This document shows positions 1-10,239 of a DNA stretch of 50,931 nt, one piece after another. Position 1 is the first letter of the stretch. Each line of letters begins with the position of its first letter. The position numbers and the translations under genes are program-made. Where the stretch lies: assembly GCF_006345805.1 (NCBI RefSeq), contig NW_021834159.1:1-50931 (forward strand), written 5' to 3'. The stretch is from Octopus sinensis. Taxonomy: Eukaryota. The notes under the pieces are model-generated. The model saw nothing but the letters and a program-made list of their open reading frames with translations, did not search any database and was not told the origin of the DNA.

Positions 1-229
1 ATATGTATATAATTTAAAATGAATATAAAAACATCCACTTTTGTATATCTATGTATATGTGTGTATGTGTGTGTAATATATGTATGCATATGCACACATA
101 CACGCATGTATACATATATATACACATATATACATCCATGTATATTTTATATTTACTTATATATATATTGTATGACAGCGCCCTCGCGTCGATTCGATTC
201 GATTAGTTCCGTTCTTATTCTCCAAGTAC

Positions 230-234
<5 letters not shown>

Positions 235-277
<43 letters not shown>
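235..277. repeat. (TA)n microsatellite
   Basis: Pure TA run; explains the YI-rich ORF 19..327. Confidence 0.95.
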
Positions 278-280
<3 letters not shown>

Positions 281-647
281 GCTATATGTGTGTATGTGTA
301 TGTAAGATATATGTAAGTGTGCACTGAATGAAAAGTTTGAAAAATGGAAAAAAAAAAAAATGAAAAAAATATTATTAAGTACACATTTATTTTTAACATA
401 CCATTTTAATTAAGTCATTATATATATTATTAGATTATCATTCCATTGTGGAATTATTATGCTCTTTAATCCTTGAATATATCTCACAGGCAAAATATTA
501 CTCATTAGGCTTATGTATGACGTCGTGGACTTGCAATGTCCAAAGGTCTTAAATACGTATTCTCTCTCTCTACATATTTTCGAGATATATTTATTCCTAC
601 CCCGTCGTATTTTAGCATACAGGTAGCCTAGCTTTCACCACTACCAA

Positions 648-649
<2 letters not shown>

Positions 650-683
<34 letters not shown>
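650..683. repeat. (CTA)n microsatellite
   Basis: About 11 consecutive CTA units. Confidence 0.95.
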
Positions 684-1231
684 CATTGCTGCTGCTCCTG
701 CCCGTACCTCGCCATCCACAAAAAAATACGAACTAAAAATGCAATAAGTGCCGAAGTGAAAGTTGCTCTCGAAATTGTATTAGTCATTGATAAGGTCACA
801 GACTGTGACGAAAGGACTTTGACAGACTAATCAACTAACCAATTTGATCAATTAGAGTAATTATCTAATTGATTGGTAATAAAACTAACGTGGGACATTG
901 TCTATGAGTGTGCTTTTATGGGTAGCATGAGTTTCCGAAGTTCAAGTTACAATATATATTATAGATATATATATAATATATATATATATAAATATATACA
1001 TGCATACACACTCACACACACACGTTACTAAAAACTGACGAGCAGTTCTTTTGTAATTGTCAATTTGAGGAGCCATTACTGCGGCAGTTAAAACGTCCAT
1101 GCGTTTTTACATACAGCTTGCAATGCAGGGCATTCCTTTCATTAGCTCTCAAGAACAGATCTCTACAATTTTAGTACCTTTTAATCAACAATTTCATATC
1201 CCTTCATCGCTATTGAACAGCAATGATGCTA

Positions 1232-2024
1232 CTAGCGGTCTCATATGAAAATGACCCTAGTATCGACCTATTACATTTTAATCTATTTTAGGGTTAGGGT
1301 TTGAGTTAGGGTTAGTTAGGGTTAGGTGGAGGCGCAATGGCCCAGTGGTTAGGGCAGCGGACTCGCGGTCATAGGATCGCGGTTTCGATTCCCAGACCGG
1401 ACATTGTGAGTGTTTATTGAGCGAAAACACCTAAAAGCTCCACGAGGCTCCGGCAGGGGATGGTGGTGATCCCTGCTGTACTCTTTCACCACAACTTTCT
1501 CTCACTCTTACTTCCTGTTTCTGTTGTACCTGTATTTCAAAGGGCCGGCCTTGTTGTCACTCACTGTGTCACGCTGAATATCCCCGAGAACTACGTTAAG
1601 GGTACACGTGTCTGTGGAGTGCTCAGCCACTTACACGTTAATTTCACGAGCAGGCTGTTCCGTTGATTCGGATCAATCGGAACCCTCGTCGTCGTAACCG
1701 ACGGAGTGCTTCCTTATAGTTAGGGTTAGGGGAAGGGTATCTTTTTTTCTTCAGAAATGTAAATAAACCCAATCTGTTTCTTAAACGAGGGACATTTTCA
1801 TATGGCACAGAATGTTTTCACTTCAATAGACGTCATTGATTGGTTGAAATTGCAGAAATTGAAGAAGAAAAAACAACAAATATCTTACAAACTATTGAAT
1901 TTTCTCAATAAAGCCAAGAGAAAAAGATGTTTTATAAACACATTCTACCAGTATACGAAGTTTAAAAGTGTTTAGTTACGTGGAAATTATAAAAAAAAAA
2001 CTGCCGTTCAAACCGAAGAGATCC
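1232..2024 (+). mobile_element. Non-autonomous TIR element (GGATCT family, copy 1) with TTAGGG-like tract, interrupted by a SINE
   Basis: Reverse-complement homolog of 5836-6255 along its length. Right TIR aactgccgttcaaaccgaagagatcc ends at 2024; left TIR is degraded. TTAGGG-like units at about 1288-1326 and 1717-1730. Confidence 0.8.
1327..1716 (+). mobile_element. tRNA-derived SINE, family A, full length
   Basis: A box TGGCCCAGTGG and B box GGTTTCGATTCCC; 14-bp TSD tagttagggttagg at 1313-1326 and 1717-1730; near-identical to 6863-7205 and 9812-10198. Confidence 0.92.
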
Positions 2025-2846
2025 GTAATTTGTCCTGAACACTGTTAAATTCATCTTGTTTCCAACTCCTGTTAATCGCTCCACTGGCGGCCATTTCTGA
2101 TTATCTTTACTGTCTAAGTAAGTACTACAGCAATGTTTTATACAATAGATTTTTTCATCCTGTTTGAACTCCGATAAACACATCCCAGCTACATGCTTGA
2201 CGTGATATGTCAATGCATGAAAAGACTATTGCATATATGTTCCCTATCTGGGGAGACATTTTTAGGGCATTTATAATCCGTTAGGCCTTTCATATTGTTC
2301 CTGATATTTTATAGGTTGTTGCTATATCATCTTTCTGAGACTTCGCTCCATCCTTCTGAAATTTCACCTTTAATTCCCAAAGTGCCACGCACTTTTTGTG
2401 GCAGTCTTTTTCACCAATATTTTACATACAGCTATGTTTCCCAGCTATTCTTATAATCAGGCGTCCATGAGTACATATTCCGACAGTATTGCTCCCTCTA
2501 ACGGTTTTCAGGAGCATTTAAGCTATCAGGGAATGTCTGGGTTATTTTGATCTACACTATAGAATACTGGATCTTTACCCTTTGACCTACAGATTTAAAA
2601 AATAATTCTTTGTAACTAAATACTTCCAAACTTCGGACACTGGTAGAATGTGTCATATAAAACATGTTTTACTCTTAGCATATTTGAGAAAACTTATATT
2701 TACGAAGTAATTTCACGTTAAAGTAGGCCTATTTCGGTAATTTCAACCAATCAATGGCGTTTATTCAGCTGAATAAAATTACTGCCGTTGTTTGTCAACA
2801 AGAACTTCCGGCAGTGTATTTTTCGTTTGTCACTGTTATTTATGAC

Positions 2847-2936
2847 AACCCTAACCCTAACCCTAAAACCTTAACCCTAAACCTAACCCTAAAACCCTAA
2901 CCCTAGCACCCTAACCCTAAAACTCTGACCCTAAAA
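2847..2936 (-). repeat. Degenerate (CCCTAA)n interstitial telomere-like tract
   Basis: aaccctaaccctaaccctaaaaccttaaccctaa... forms the spacer of the foldback element. Confidence 0.9.
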
Positions 2937-3142
2937 CCGTAAAGATAAAACCAGTACAAACGCACGAACGATGTCATAAATAACAATGACAAACGAGAAA
3001 TACACCACCGATAGTTGTTGACAAACAACGGCAGTAATTTTATTCAGCTGAATACACGTCATTGATTGGTTGAAATGACCGAAATAGGCTTACTTTAACG
3101 TGAAATTACTTCGTAAATACAAGTTTTTCTCAAAAATGCTAA

Positions 3143-3570
3143 GAGTGGCTGTGTGGTAAGTAACTTGTTTACCAGCCACATGGTTTACCAACCACATGGT
3201 TCCGGGTTCAGTCCCACTGCGTGGCACCTTGGGCAAATGTCTTCTACTATAGCCTCGGGCCGACCAAAGCCTTGTGAGTGGATTTGGTTGACGGAAACTG
3301 AAAGAAGCCCGTCGTATATATGTATATATATATATATGCGTGTGTGTGTTTGTGTGAGTGTGTTTGTTCCCCTAGCATTGCTTGACAACCGATGCTGGTG
3401 TGTTTATGTCCCCGTTACTTAGCGGTTCGGCAAAAGAGACCGATAGAATAAGTACTGGGCTTACAAAAGAATAAGTCCCGGGGTCGTGTTGCTTGATTGA
3501 AGGCGGTGCTCCAGCATGGCCGCAGTCAAATGACTGAAACAAGTAAAAGAGTAAAAGAGTAAAAGAGAGT
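3143..3570 (+). mobile_element. tRNA-derived SINE, family D (internal TA/TG microsatellite), inserted in the right foldback arm
   Basis: Head gagtggctgtgtggtaag...ggttccgggttcagtccc; tail ...gactgaaacaag followed by (taaaagag)n; removing it restores arm symmetry. Confidence 0.9.
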
Positions 3571-4999
3571 AAAAGATGTTTTATATGACACATTCTACCA
3601 GTGTCCGAAGTTTGAAAGTGTTTAGTTACAAAAAATTATTTTTTAAAATCTGTAGGTCAAAAGGTAAAGCTTCAGTATACTTTTCTCTCTCTTGTTATCC
3701 TTGTGACTACTACATCGAAGCAGTTGCAGCTATGTCACCACTTCTGTCATATAGCATCTCTCTTGTATACTTCTGGCAAACGATCTGTTCTTCGCCCTTC
3801 GCTTAAGTCTTCACTCTCATACTTTTCTCCAGATTACTTTGGTGTCTGTTGAAACTGCATCAGGTTCACTCTTGAACACTGTTTGTGTCGTCTGTAATTG
3901 GTCTTCCTTCATCTGGCCATCAGTTTTTCCCCCAAAAAAGAAAAGCTTCACTTTGTAATCTGTCCGTCTGTGTGCAGCCCTGCGTGGCTAATAAAGAAAC
4001 ATATTTTGCATTGAATTGGGGCCACAACCTTATCCAAATCTATCACAGCATGTTTCATGGATAAATGAAAAAAAAAAAAAAACCATGGTTATTTTCCCAA
4101 ATGCCGAATTCTTCAAGAAACTATTCTTCAAAAATTTCACAAAATCCCATTTGTAGAGTTACCTAAGCATGGATATTGCACGTGTGTGTGTAAACACATG
4201 TTATTTGGCTTTCAATTTAAAAGAAACTAGTAGTTGTAAGTTGCGATATTTCAGCTCTAAAATGATTAGCCTAAACTCTGTCTCTTGTATCGTGTACTTT
4301 TTCAACAAGTTTCTGAACACAAGTGTTTATCAATTATACACTAGCATGAACAATCTCTCTTAATGATAGCGTATTTAGCATTTGTATCTGGTGATTATTA
4401 ACTGTGTGTTTTGTGTGTATGCATGTATGTATGTATGTGCATTTATTTATGTATATATATATTCTGTCCATAGAAAGAAAAATGAGTTTGCTTACCATTG
4501 TCAAATACGTCAACGGCAAGTGACAGCGATATATCCACATATAATTATTAGCAATGTGTATTCATTTGCTGTCAAGGTAAGGAGATAGTGCTGAAGTAGG
4601 AGGTTGTCAAACGACAAGTGGCGAGTGAGTGAGTGACAGTTGGAGAAATAAAATGAAAGTGAGTGTAAGGCTGAGGTGCTTAGCACACTGTCCTGGCTGA
4701 TAAATTAAGGAAAAACTGAAAGAGAGTGAAAGTATATAAACGAATGTGGAGTGGAGTCAACTTTATGTTGTTTTAAGCAGGACGACAAATAGGAACTGCC
4801 TTAACCATCCTGGTAAATACGATGGGGAAACAGGAGAAAAACAAAACATGCTGTTTTACAAAGGAGTATTGTGATAAGTGAATTTCTGTATAATGCTAAG
4901 CTTGAGATGACTTTATTGTAAATATTGTCTCACATTTTTAATCAATTTTTATCACTATAGGCACAGACAATATTGGAAGTGAATGATACTGCTCATATG

Positions 5000-5262
5000 A
5001 TATAAGTGTTCTTGAGCAAGACACTTTATTTCATGCTACTCCTGTTCACTCAGCTTTAGAAATGAGTTACGACGTCACTAGTGCCAAGCTGTATCGGTCT
5101 TTGCTTTTCCCTTGGATAACATCGGTGGCGTGGAGAGCGGAGGCTAGTATGCATACGCGACTGCTGGTCTTCGATAAACGACCTTACCCGGACTTGTGCT
5201 TTGGAGGGGAACTTTCTAGGTGCAATCCCATGGCCATTCATGACCGAAGGTGGTCTTTACCC
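5000..5262 (+). mobile_element. SINE, family C variant with alternative tail, 5' truncated
   Basis: gtgttcttgagcaagacacttt body followed by the gtgccaagctgta...ggtgcaatcccatgg tail; reverse-complement homolog at 24560-24872. Confidence 0.7.
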
Positions 5263-5835
5263 TTTATCTGATATATATATGCCAGCTAAAAGAATCACAA
5301 GCTCTCTCTTTCAGGATTAACATGCAGTTTAGAATCGTAAAAAGAGAAACAAAATTATGACAAATACCGGACGTAACTACAGGAAAATCCTATAATTTTA
5401 TCATATGTACATAACATAAGACCGACACACAGAACACACGTAGAATTTTTTATGGTCTTTGAACCGATTTTGTTACACATGCTCACAGTTAAGATGTGAT
5501 GTTAATAAAACATTGTTCGTTCCGCATTGTCACCTGAGATTCTTCTTGGTGAGTATCCAACGCCCTTCGATAATTTGTTTATGGATGCTTTCATCATTGG
5601 ATGAACAAAATTTATAGAATGGTTCACAACTTAACAACTATAACCTAAACTAACATAGGAAATCCACCTATCGGATATCAAACTTCTCTCTGTGGCTTTT
5701 CATTGGTGTTCGTTGTTGGGTATAACTACATTGCAATAGTGTAGCTCAGCTGCTATTTCAGAAATGTTCGTTCTATCACTGGAAGATATTATATAATTAG
5801 GTTTAGTTTCACTATGAAAACTTACAACACAAATT

Positions 5836-6255
5836 GGATCTTTTCGGTTTGAACGGCAGTTTTTTAAAAATAATTTCCACGTAACTAAACACTTTTAAAC
5901 TTCGTATACTGGTAGAATGTGTTTATAAAACATCTTTTTCTCTTGGCTTTATTGAGAAAATTCTATGGTTTGTAAGATATTTGTTGTTGTTTTTTCTTCA
6001 ATTTCTGCAAATTTCAACCAATCAATGACGTCTATAGAGGTGAAAACGTTCTGTGCCGTATGGGTATGTCCCTCGTTTAAGAAACAGATTGGGTTTATTT
6101 ACATTTCTGAAGAACAAAGAAACCCTTACCCCACCCCTAACCCTAACCCTAAAACAGATTGAAATGCAAATAGATCAATACTAGGGTCATAATTATGGGG
6201 TGACAATTTCACATGACACCGCTAGAAAAAACTGCCGTTCAAACCGAAAAGATCC
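5836..6255 (-). mobile_element. Non-autonomous TIR element (GGATCT family, copy 3), intact ends
   Basis: TIRs ggatcttttcggtttgaacggcagttttt / aaaaactgccgttcaaaccgaaaagatcc; perfect 8-bp TSD cacaaatt at 5828-5835 and 6256-6263; ccctaaccctaaccctaa near 6136-6152. Confidence 0.92.
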
Positions 6256-6653
6256 CACAAATTACTTACACTTTTACACAACACTAAACTGCATGTTAAC
6301 CAATTGCAGTTTATGAGCAACTGCTTTCGAAAAATGTATTACTTTTTTTTTGTTCAAAATTGTAATTATCTAAACACATTCCTAATGCATTCATTGATCT
6401 TTTGTAGTTCTTTTCTTTTTTTCGGCTGGTTTCTTCTCCTTCGATAAATATTTGCCGTTTAGTTGCGATTAACGAAACTGTTCATAACAGAATTAAAAGC
6501 TTTTTGATATAGGAGTTATCCTTATCATTGTCTCTTTTACATCTCCGAATTTACGCTACGTATAAATTTATTTACGTTAACATACTAGGAAAAGCAACTC
6601 AAACACTCAAGAGAACCACTTGTAGGAACGATTTGACACTTTGCACGGTTCTC

Positions 6654-6814
6654 TTTTCCCGCGTTTGATTTGAACTGAAGCCAAACGAAACACATTTACA
6701 AACTGCAACCAGAATGATAGAATAACCCGATGGCTGACATTCTGCCATAGACGGCGACGAATTAGACTGCGCCAAATGACAGGGGTGGCTGGTAGATTTA
6801 ACCCTGGCCATTGG
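6654..6814. promoter_or_regulatory. Candidate E2F/CHR/CCAAT promoter module
   Basis: TTTTCCCGCG 6654-6663, TTTGAA 6669-6674, GCGCCAAA 6769-6776 and ATTGG 6810-6814 (taaccaatgg on minus) in non-repetitive DNA. Motif match only. Confidence 0.3.
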
Positions 6815-6862
6815 TTACTTTTAGCGAAGTCAACAACTGTGTGGTAAATATTAGAGGAGGTC

Positions 6863-7205
6863 GGAGGCGCAATGGCCCAGTGGTTAGGGCAGCGGACTCG
6901 CGGTCATAGGATCGCGGTTTCGATTCCCAGACCGGGCGTTGTGAGTGTTTATTGAGCGAAAACACCTAAAGCTCCACGAGGCTTCGGCAGGGATGGTGGT
7001 GATCCCTGCTGTACTTTTCACCACAACTTTCTCTCACTCTTACTTCCTGTTTCTGTTGTACCTGTATTTCAAAGGGCCGGCCTTGTCACTCTCTGTGTCA
7101 CGCTGAATATCCTCAGCCACTTACACGTTAATTTCACGAGCAGGCTGTTCTGTTGATTCGGATCAACCGGAACCCTCATCGTCGTAACCGACGGAGTGCT
7201 TCCAC
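6863..7205 (+). mobile_element. tRNA-derived SINE, family A, with about 40-bp internal deletion
   Basis: 13-bp TSD attagaggaggtc at 6850-6862 and 7206-7218; lacks the ccgagaactacgttaagggtacacgtgtctgtggagtg segment present in the other copies. Confidence 0.92.
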
Positions 7206-7401
7206 ATTAGAGGAGGTCACCGGTTTGGGGATTCCTTCATCTTTACATCCACTAATCTTGGAGACCTGCAAAAGAAAGCCATAGGCACTACCCACTTCCC
7301 TTCTGATTATATATATTTATACAAGCAGGAGGACTGGGTTTCACTCGGAGTATAAACTCATAGCCATAACACAGTAATCTGTACTTGTAGTGTAATTTAA
7401 C

Positions 7402-7634
7402 TATTTCTTTACTACCCACAAGGGGCTAAACATAGAGGGGGACAAACAAGGACAGACAAACGGATTAAGTCAATTACATCGACCCCAGTGCGTAACGGGT
7501 ACTTAATTTATCGACCCCGAAAGGATGAAAGGCAAAGTAGACTACGGCGGAATTTGAACTCAGAACGTAACGGCAGACGAAATACGGATACGCATTTCGT
7601 CCGGCGTGCTAACGTTTCTGACAGCTCGCCACCT
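7402..7634 (-). mobile_element. tRNA-derived SINE, family B (CORE-like body), monomer
   Basis: 24-bp TSD tctgtacttgtagtgtaatttaac at 7378-7401 and 7635-7658; body contains the GCCTTTCATCCTTTCGGGGTCGATAAATTAAGTACC motif. Confidence 0.92.
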
Positions 7635-7680
7635 TCTGTACTTGTAGTGTAATTTAACACCTTTCTTCTAGGCATGGTTA

Positions 7681-8185
7681 GGTAAATATTTCGAAAAGGA
7701 CCCGTTCATACCTCGGTGTGAAATAAATTTTTCTCACGAGATTTTTCGAGTGCATTCAACATATCTGACCTCCAAACCCGCCGCAAGCCACTTTTTCCGG
7801 AAAAGAAAGTAGTGGTGGTGGTGATTGGGGACGTTGAAGTTTCCCACCAACGGAGTTTCCTTTCGCGGGTTTTTGTTTTTCTTTTCCAGGTTATTTCGAA
7901 TACTTTCAACAAAATAGCATCGAAACCACAAGAAAACGGCTCCTTTCCCCAGAAAAGGAAAGATTTGGCTGCTATTCCTAGCACGCCCTACTACCACGTA
8001 ACAGCTATCTGTGATAAAGGATCCGCTGATATTTCGTTGTGAAATAATTTTTTGACCTCTCCCCCACTTTCTTTTCCGGAAAAAAGGGAATTTGGAGGTC
8101 AGGTACATTGAATGCACTCGAAAAACCTGTGGAAAAAAGTCATTTCACACCGCGGTACGAACGGGTCCTTTACGAAATATTTACC
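7681..8185. mobile_element. MITE with about 125-bp terminal inverted repeats (Mutator-like by TIR length)
   Basis: 7681-7810 is the reverse complement of 8066-8185 (ggtaaatatttcg..aaggacccgttc..cggtgtgaaat..cgagtgcattcaa..tgacctccaaa..ttttccggaaaagaa); no TSD found. Confidence 0.8.
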
Positions 8186-8952
8186 CCAGAAATCGTTACA
8201 ACATGGTTATTTACTGATACACGAATAGACCGGTACAGTGTTTTTGCTTGACCCTTAAGCCTTTCTAACATTTTGTTTATGTATTGGGGTATACAAATAC
8301 ACCGGTACAGAAGATTGTAAACAATGAGTGTAGCTGTAATAATTTTTGTGGTACCAGACATCGTTACAACAGTAAACGCTAGACAGAATGGTTGACAAAA
8401 TGAAGAGAGAATGATAGAGATGAGTCGTCGTCGTCGATGGTATAAAATGCCCTCTACTACCTCATACATAACGACCGAGCAAACACACACATTCATATAC
8501 AAAATGTGACGTCGTGGTCGTGGTATAGAAAGATTATTTCCGAGAAAATTTTATATTGTTTCAATCCAATTGAAAATGAAAAACTACATGGTGACAGTCG
8601 CGGGGTGTAATAACTATTACCTTGTAAAATTTGATTTGATTTGGTGGAGCCGTTTGAGAATACATAAGGAAAAGACAGTGAGAGAGAGAAAAAAGAATTT
8701 TATATATGTGTATGTGAGATGGAGTAATAATACGTAAAAAAAAAGGACAAAGCAGATACACACCTGAATTGATACGTAAAATCCAACTACGAAAGAAGGG
8801 AGATGGTGTCCCAGCAAAGGTGAGTTGGCTTTAAGCAATGTAATTGTCGAGCTTAATGTGAGTTATAAAATATGGGTGCAATAAGATAAAAGGTGGACAA
8901 GCCTATCCAGCTTCTATTTTGATACACACGCCCGCGCAAATAATGTATATGT

Positions 8953-9353
8953 CGAAGCGCATGGCTAAATGGTTAGGCGGCGAGCTAGCAGAAACGTTAG
9001 CACGCCGGGCGAAATACTTAGCGGTATTTCGTCTGCGTTACGTTGTGAGTTCAAATTCCGCCGAGGTCGACTTCGCCTTTCATCCTTTCGGGGTCGATAA
9101 ATTAAGTACCAGTTACGCACTGGGGTCGATGTAATCGACTTAATACCTATGTCTGTCCTTGTTTGTCCCCTCTGTGTTTAGCCCCTTGTGGGTAATAAAG
9201 AAATAGGTTAGGGTGTTGCATCAATGATCGTAAAATTATGGTTTCGATTCCTGGACCGAATGTATGGTGTTCTTTTCTCCTTGCTCCAGTCCATTCAGCT
9301 AAAAAAAAATGCTGCAATGGACCGGATTCGCACCCGGGAGCTGTGGGACTGGA

Positions 9354-9393
<40 letters not shown>

Positions 9394-9440
9394 CATAGAA
9401 TCCGGTAAACCGGGCTTATGAGCCTTGGTTCGGAAAGGAC
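8953..9440 (+). mobile_element. Degraded family C SINE, split by a family B SINE
   Basis: gaagcgcatggctaaatggtta | ggttagggtgttgcatc...tttcgattcctggaccg rejoins into the family C head seen at 17149 and 30826. Confidence 0.75.
8976..9205 (+). mobile_element. Family B SINE monomer nested in a family C SINE head
   Basis: Full ggcggcgagctagcagaaacg...aaagaaata unit flanked by ggtta at 8971-8975 and 9206-9210. Confidence 0.9.
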
Positions 9441-9811
9441 CTTTCGTCATTTGATGATATTTATACATACACATGATAAGTATATGGTGTATAAACCGTA
9501 CACAAAACAAAACATCAGTCAAAATCAGTAAGTAGCGTTTAAATACTCGAGTGTAAAAAAAAAAATAACATCAGTGGATAAAATATATCATTGATTTTTA
9601 AGTGGGAGCCATCGTATTCACACGCACACACGAATGCATATTTTACTAGGAAGTCAAGCGACTACCACATACATCACAAACACTGTTTTCACTCTTGTAT
9701 CGTGATATTATACTCACTGTCTCTATCTGTCTGTGTCTCACTCTCTTTTTCCATCCATCTTCCTCTCTCTTCTTTCTATCTCTCTCTTTGTAACGTACTA
9801 TTTCATCCGCT

Positions 9812-10198
9812 TGTGGAGGCGCAATGGCCTAGTGGTTAGAGCAGCGGACTCGCGGTCATAGGATCGCGGTTTCGATTCCCAGACCGGGCGTTGTGAGTGT
9901 TTATTGAGCGAAAACACCTAAAACTCCACGAGGCTCCGGCAGGGGATGGTGGTGATCCCTGCTGTACTCTTTCACCACAACTTTCTCTCACTCTTACTTC
10001 CTGTTTCTGTTGTACCTGTATTTCAAGGGGCCGGCCTTGTCACTCTCTTGTGTCACGCTGAATATCCCTGAGAACTGCGTTAAGGGTACACGTGTCTGTG
10101 GAGTGCTCAGCCACTTAACACGTTAATTTCACGGGCAGGCTGTTCCGTTGATTCGGATCAACCGGAACCCTCGTCGTCGTAACCGACGGAGTGCTTCC
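9812..10198 (+). mobile_element. tRNA-derived SINE, family A, full length
   Basis: 12-bp TSD atttcatccgct at 9800-9811 and 10199-10210. Confidence 0.92.
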
Positions 10199-10239
10199 AT
10201 TTCATCCGCTCTATGTACTCGAAAACGTTAATGCTGGTT

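Larger units (their letters stand above)
2569..3673. mobile_element. Foldback TIR element (GGATCT family, copy 2) with about 280-bp inverted arms and a central telomere-like repeat
   Basis: Left arm 2569-2848 is the reverse complement of 2972-3146 plus 3571-3673. 8-bp TSD agaatact (2561-2568) / agtatact (3674-3681), 7/8 match. GG termini plus an 8-bp TSD are compatible with the Merlin superfamily (inference). Confidence 0.85.

Noticed and set aside
19-327. 102-aa ORF and the many similar YI/CV/TH/YLS-rich ORFs throughout the track
   Set aside because: They are translations of TA, TG, TATG and TCTA microsatellites, which lack stops in several frames.
1327-1400. tRNA-like A/B boxes here and in the other SINE heads as tRNA genes
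   Set aside because: They continue into family-specific bodies with TSDs and I could not fold a complete cloverleaf; they are SINE heads.
2847-2936. True telomere or chromosome-fusion scar
   Set aside because: The tract is short, degenerate, single-orientation and internal to a TIR element.
2030-3930. Flanks of the foldback element (2030-2568 and 3674-3930) as a decayed minus-strand LINE ORF
   Set aside because: Purine-rich and vaguely R4-like in places, but no diagnostic motif could be read in order; it needs a profile search.
5489-5548. 60-nt plus-strand exon candidate between cacAG and GTGAGT (LRCDVNKTLFVPHCHLRFFL)
   Set aside because: Weak pyrimidine tract, no homology recognised, no partner exons; such matches arise by chance in 50 kb.
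1232-6255. Copies 1 and 3 as the ends of one 5-kb composite transposon
   Set aside because: Copy 3 has its own two TIRs and a perfect TSD, so it is an independent insertion.
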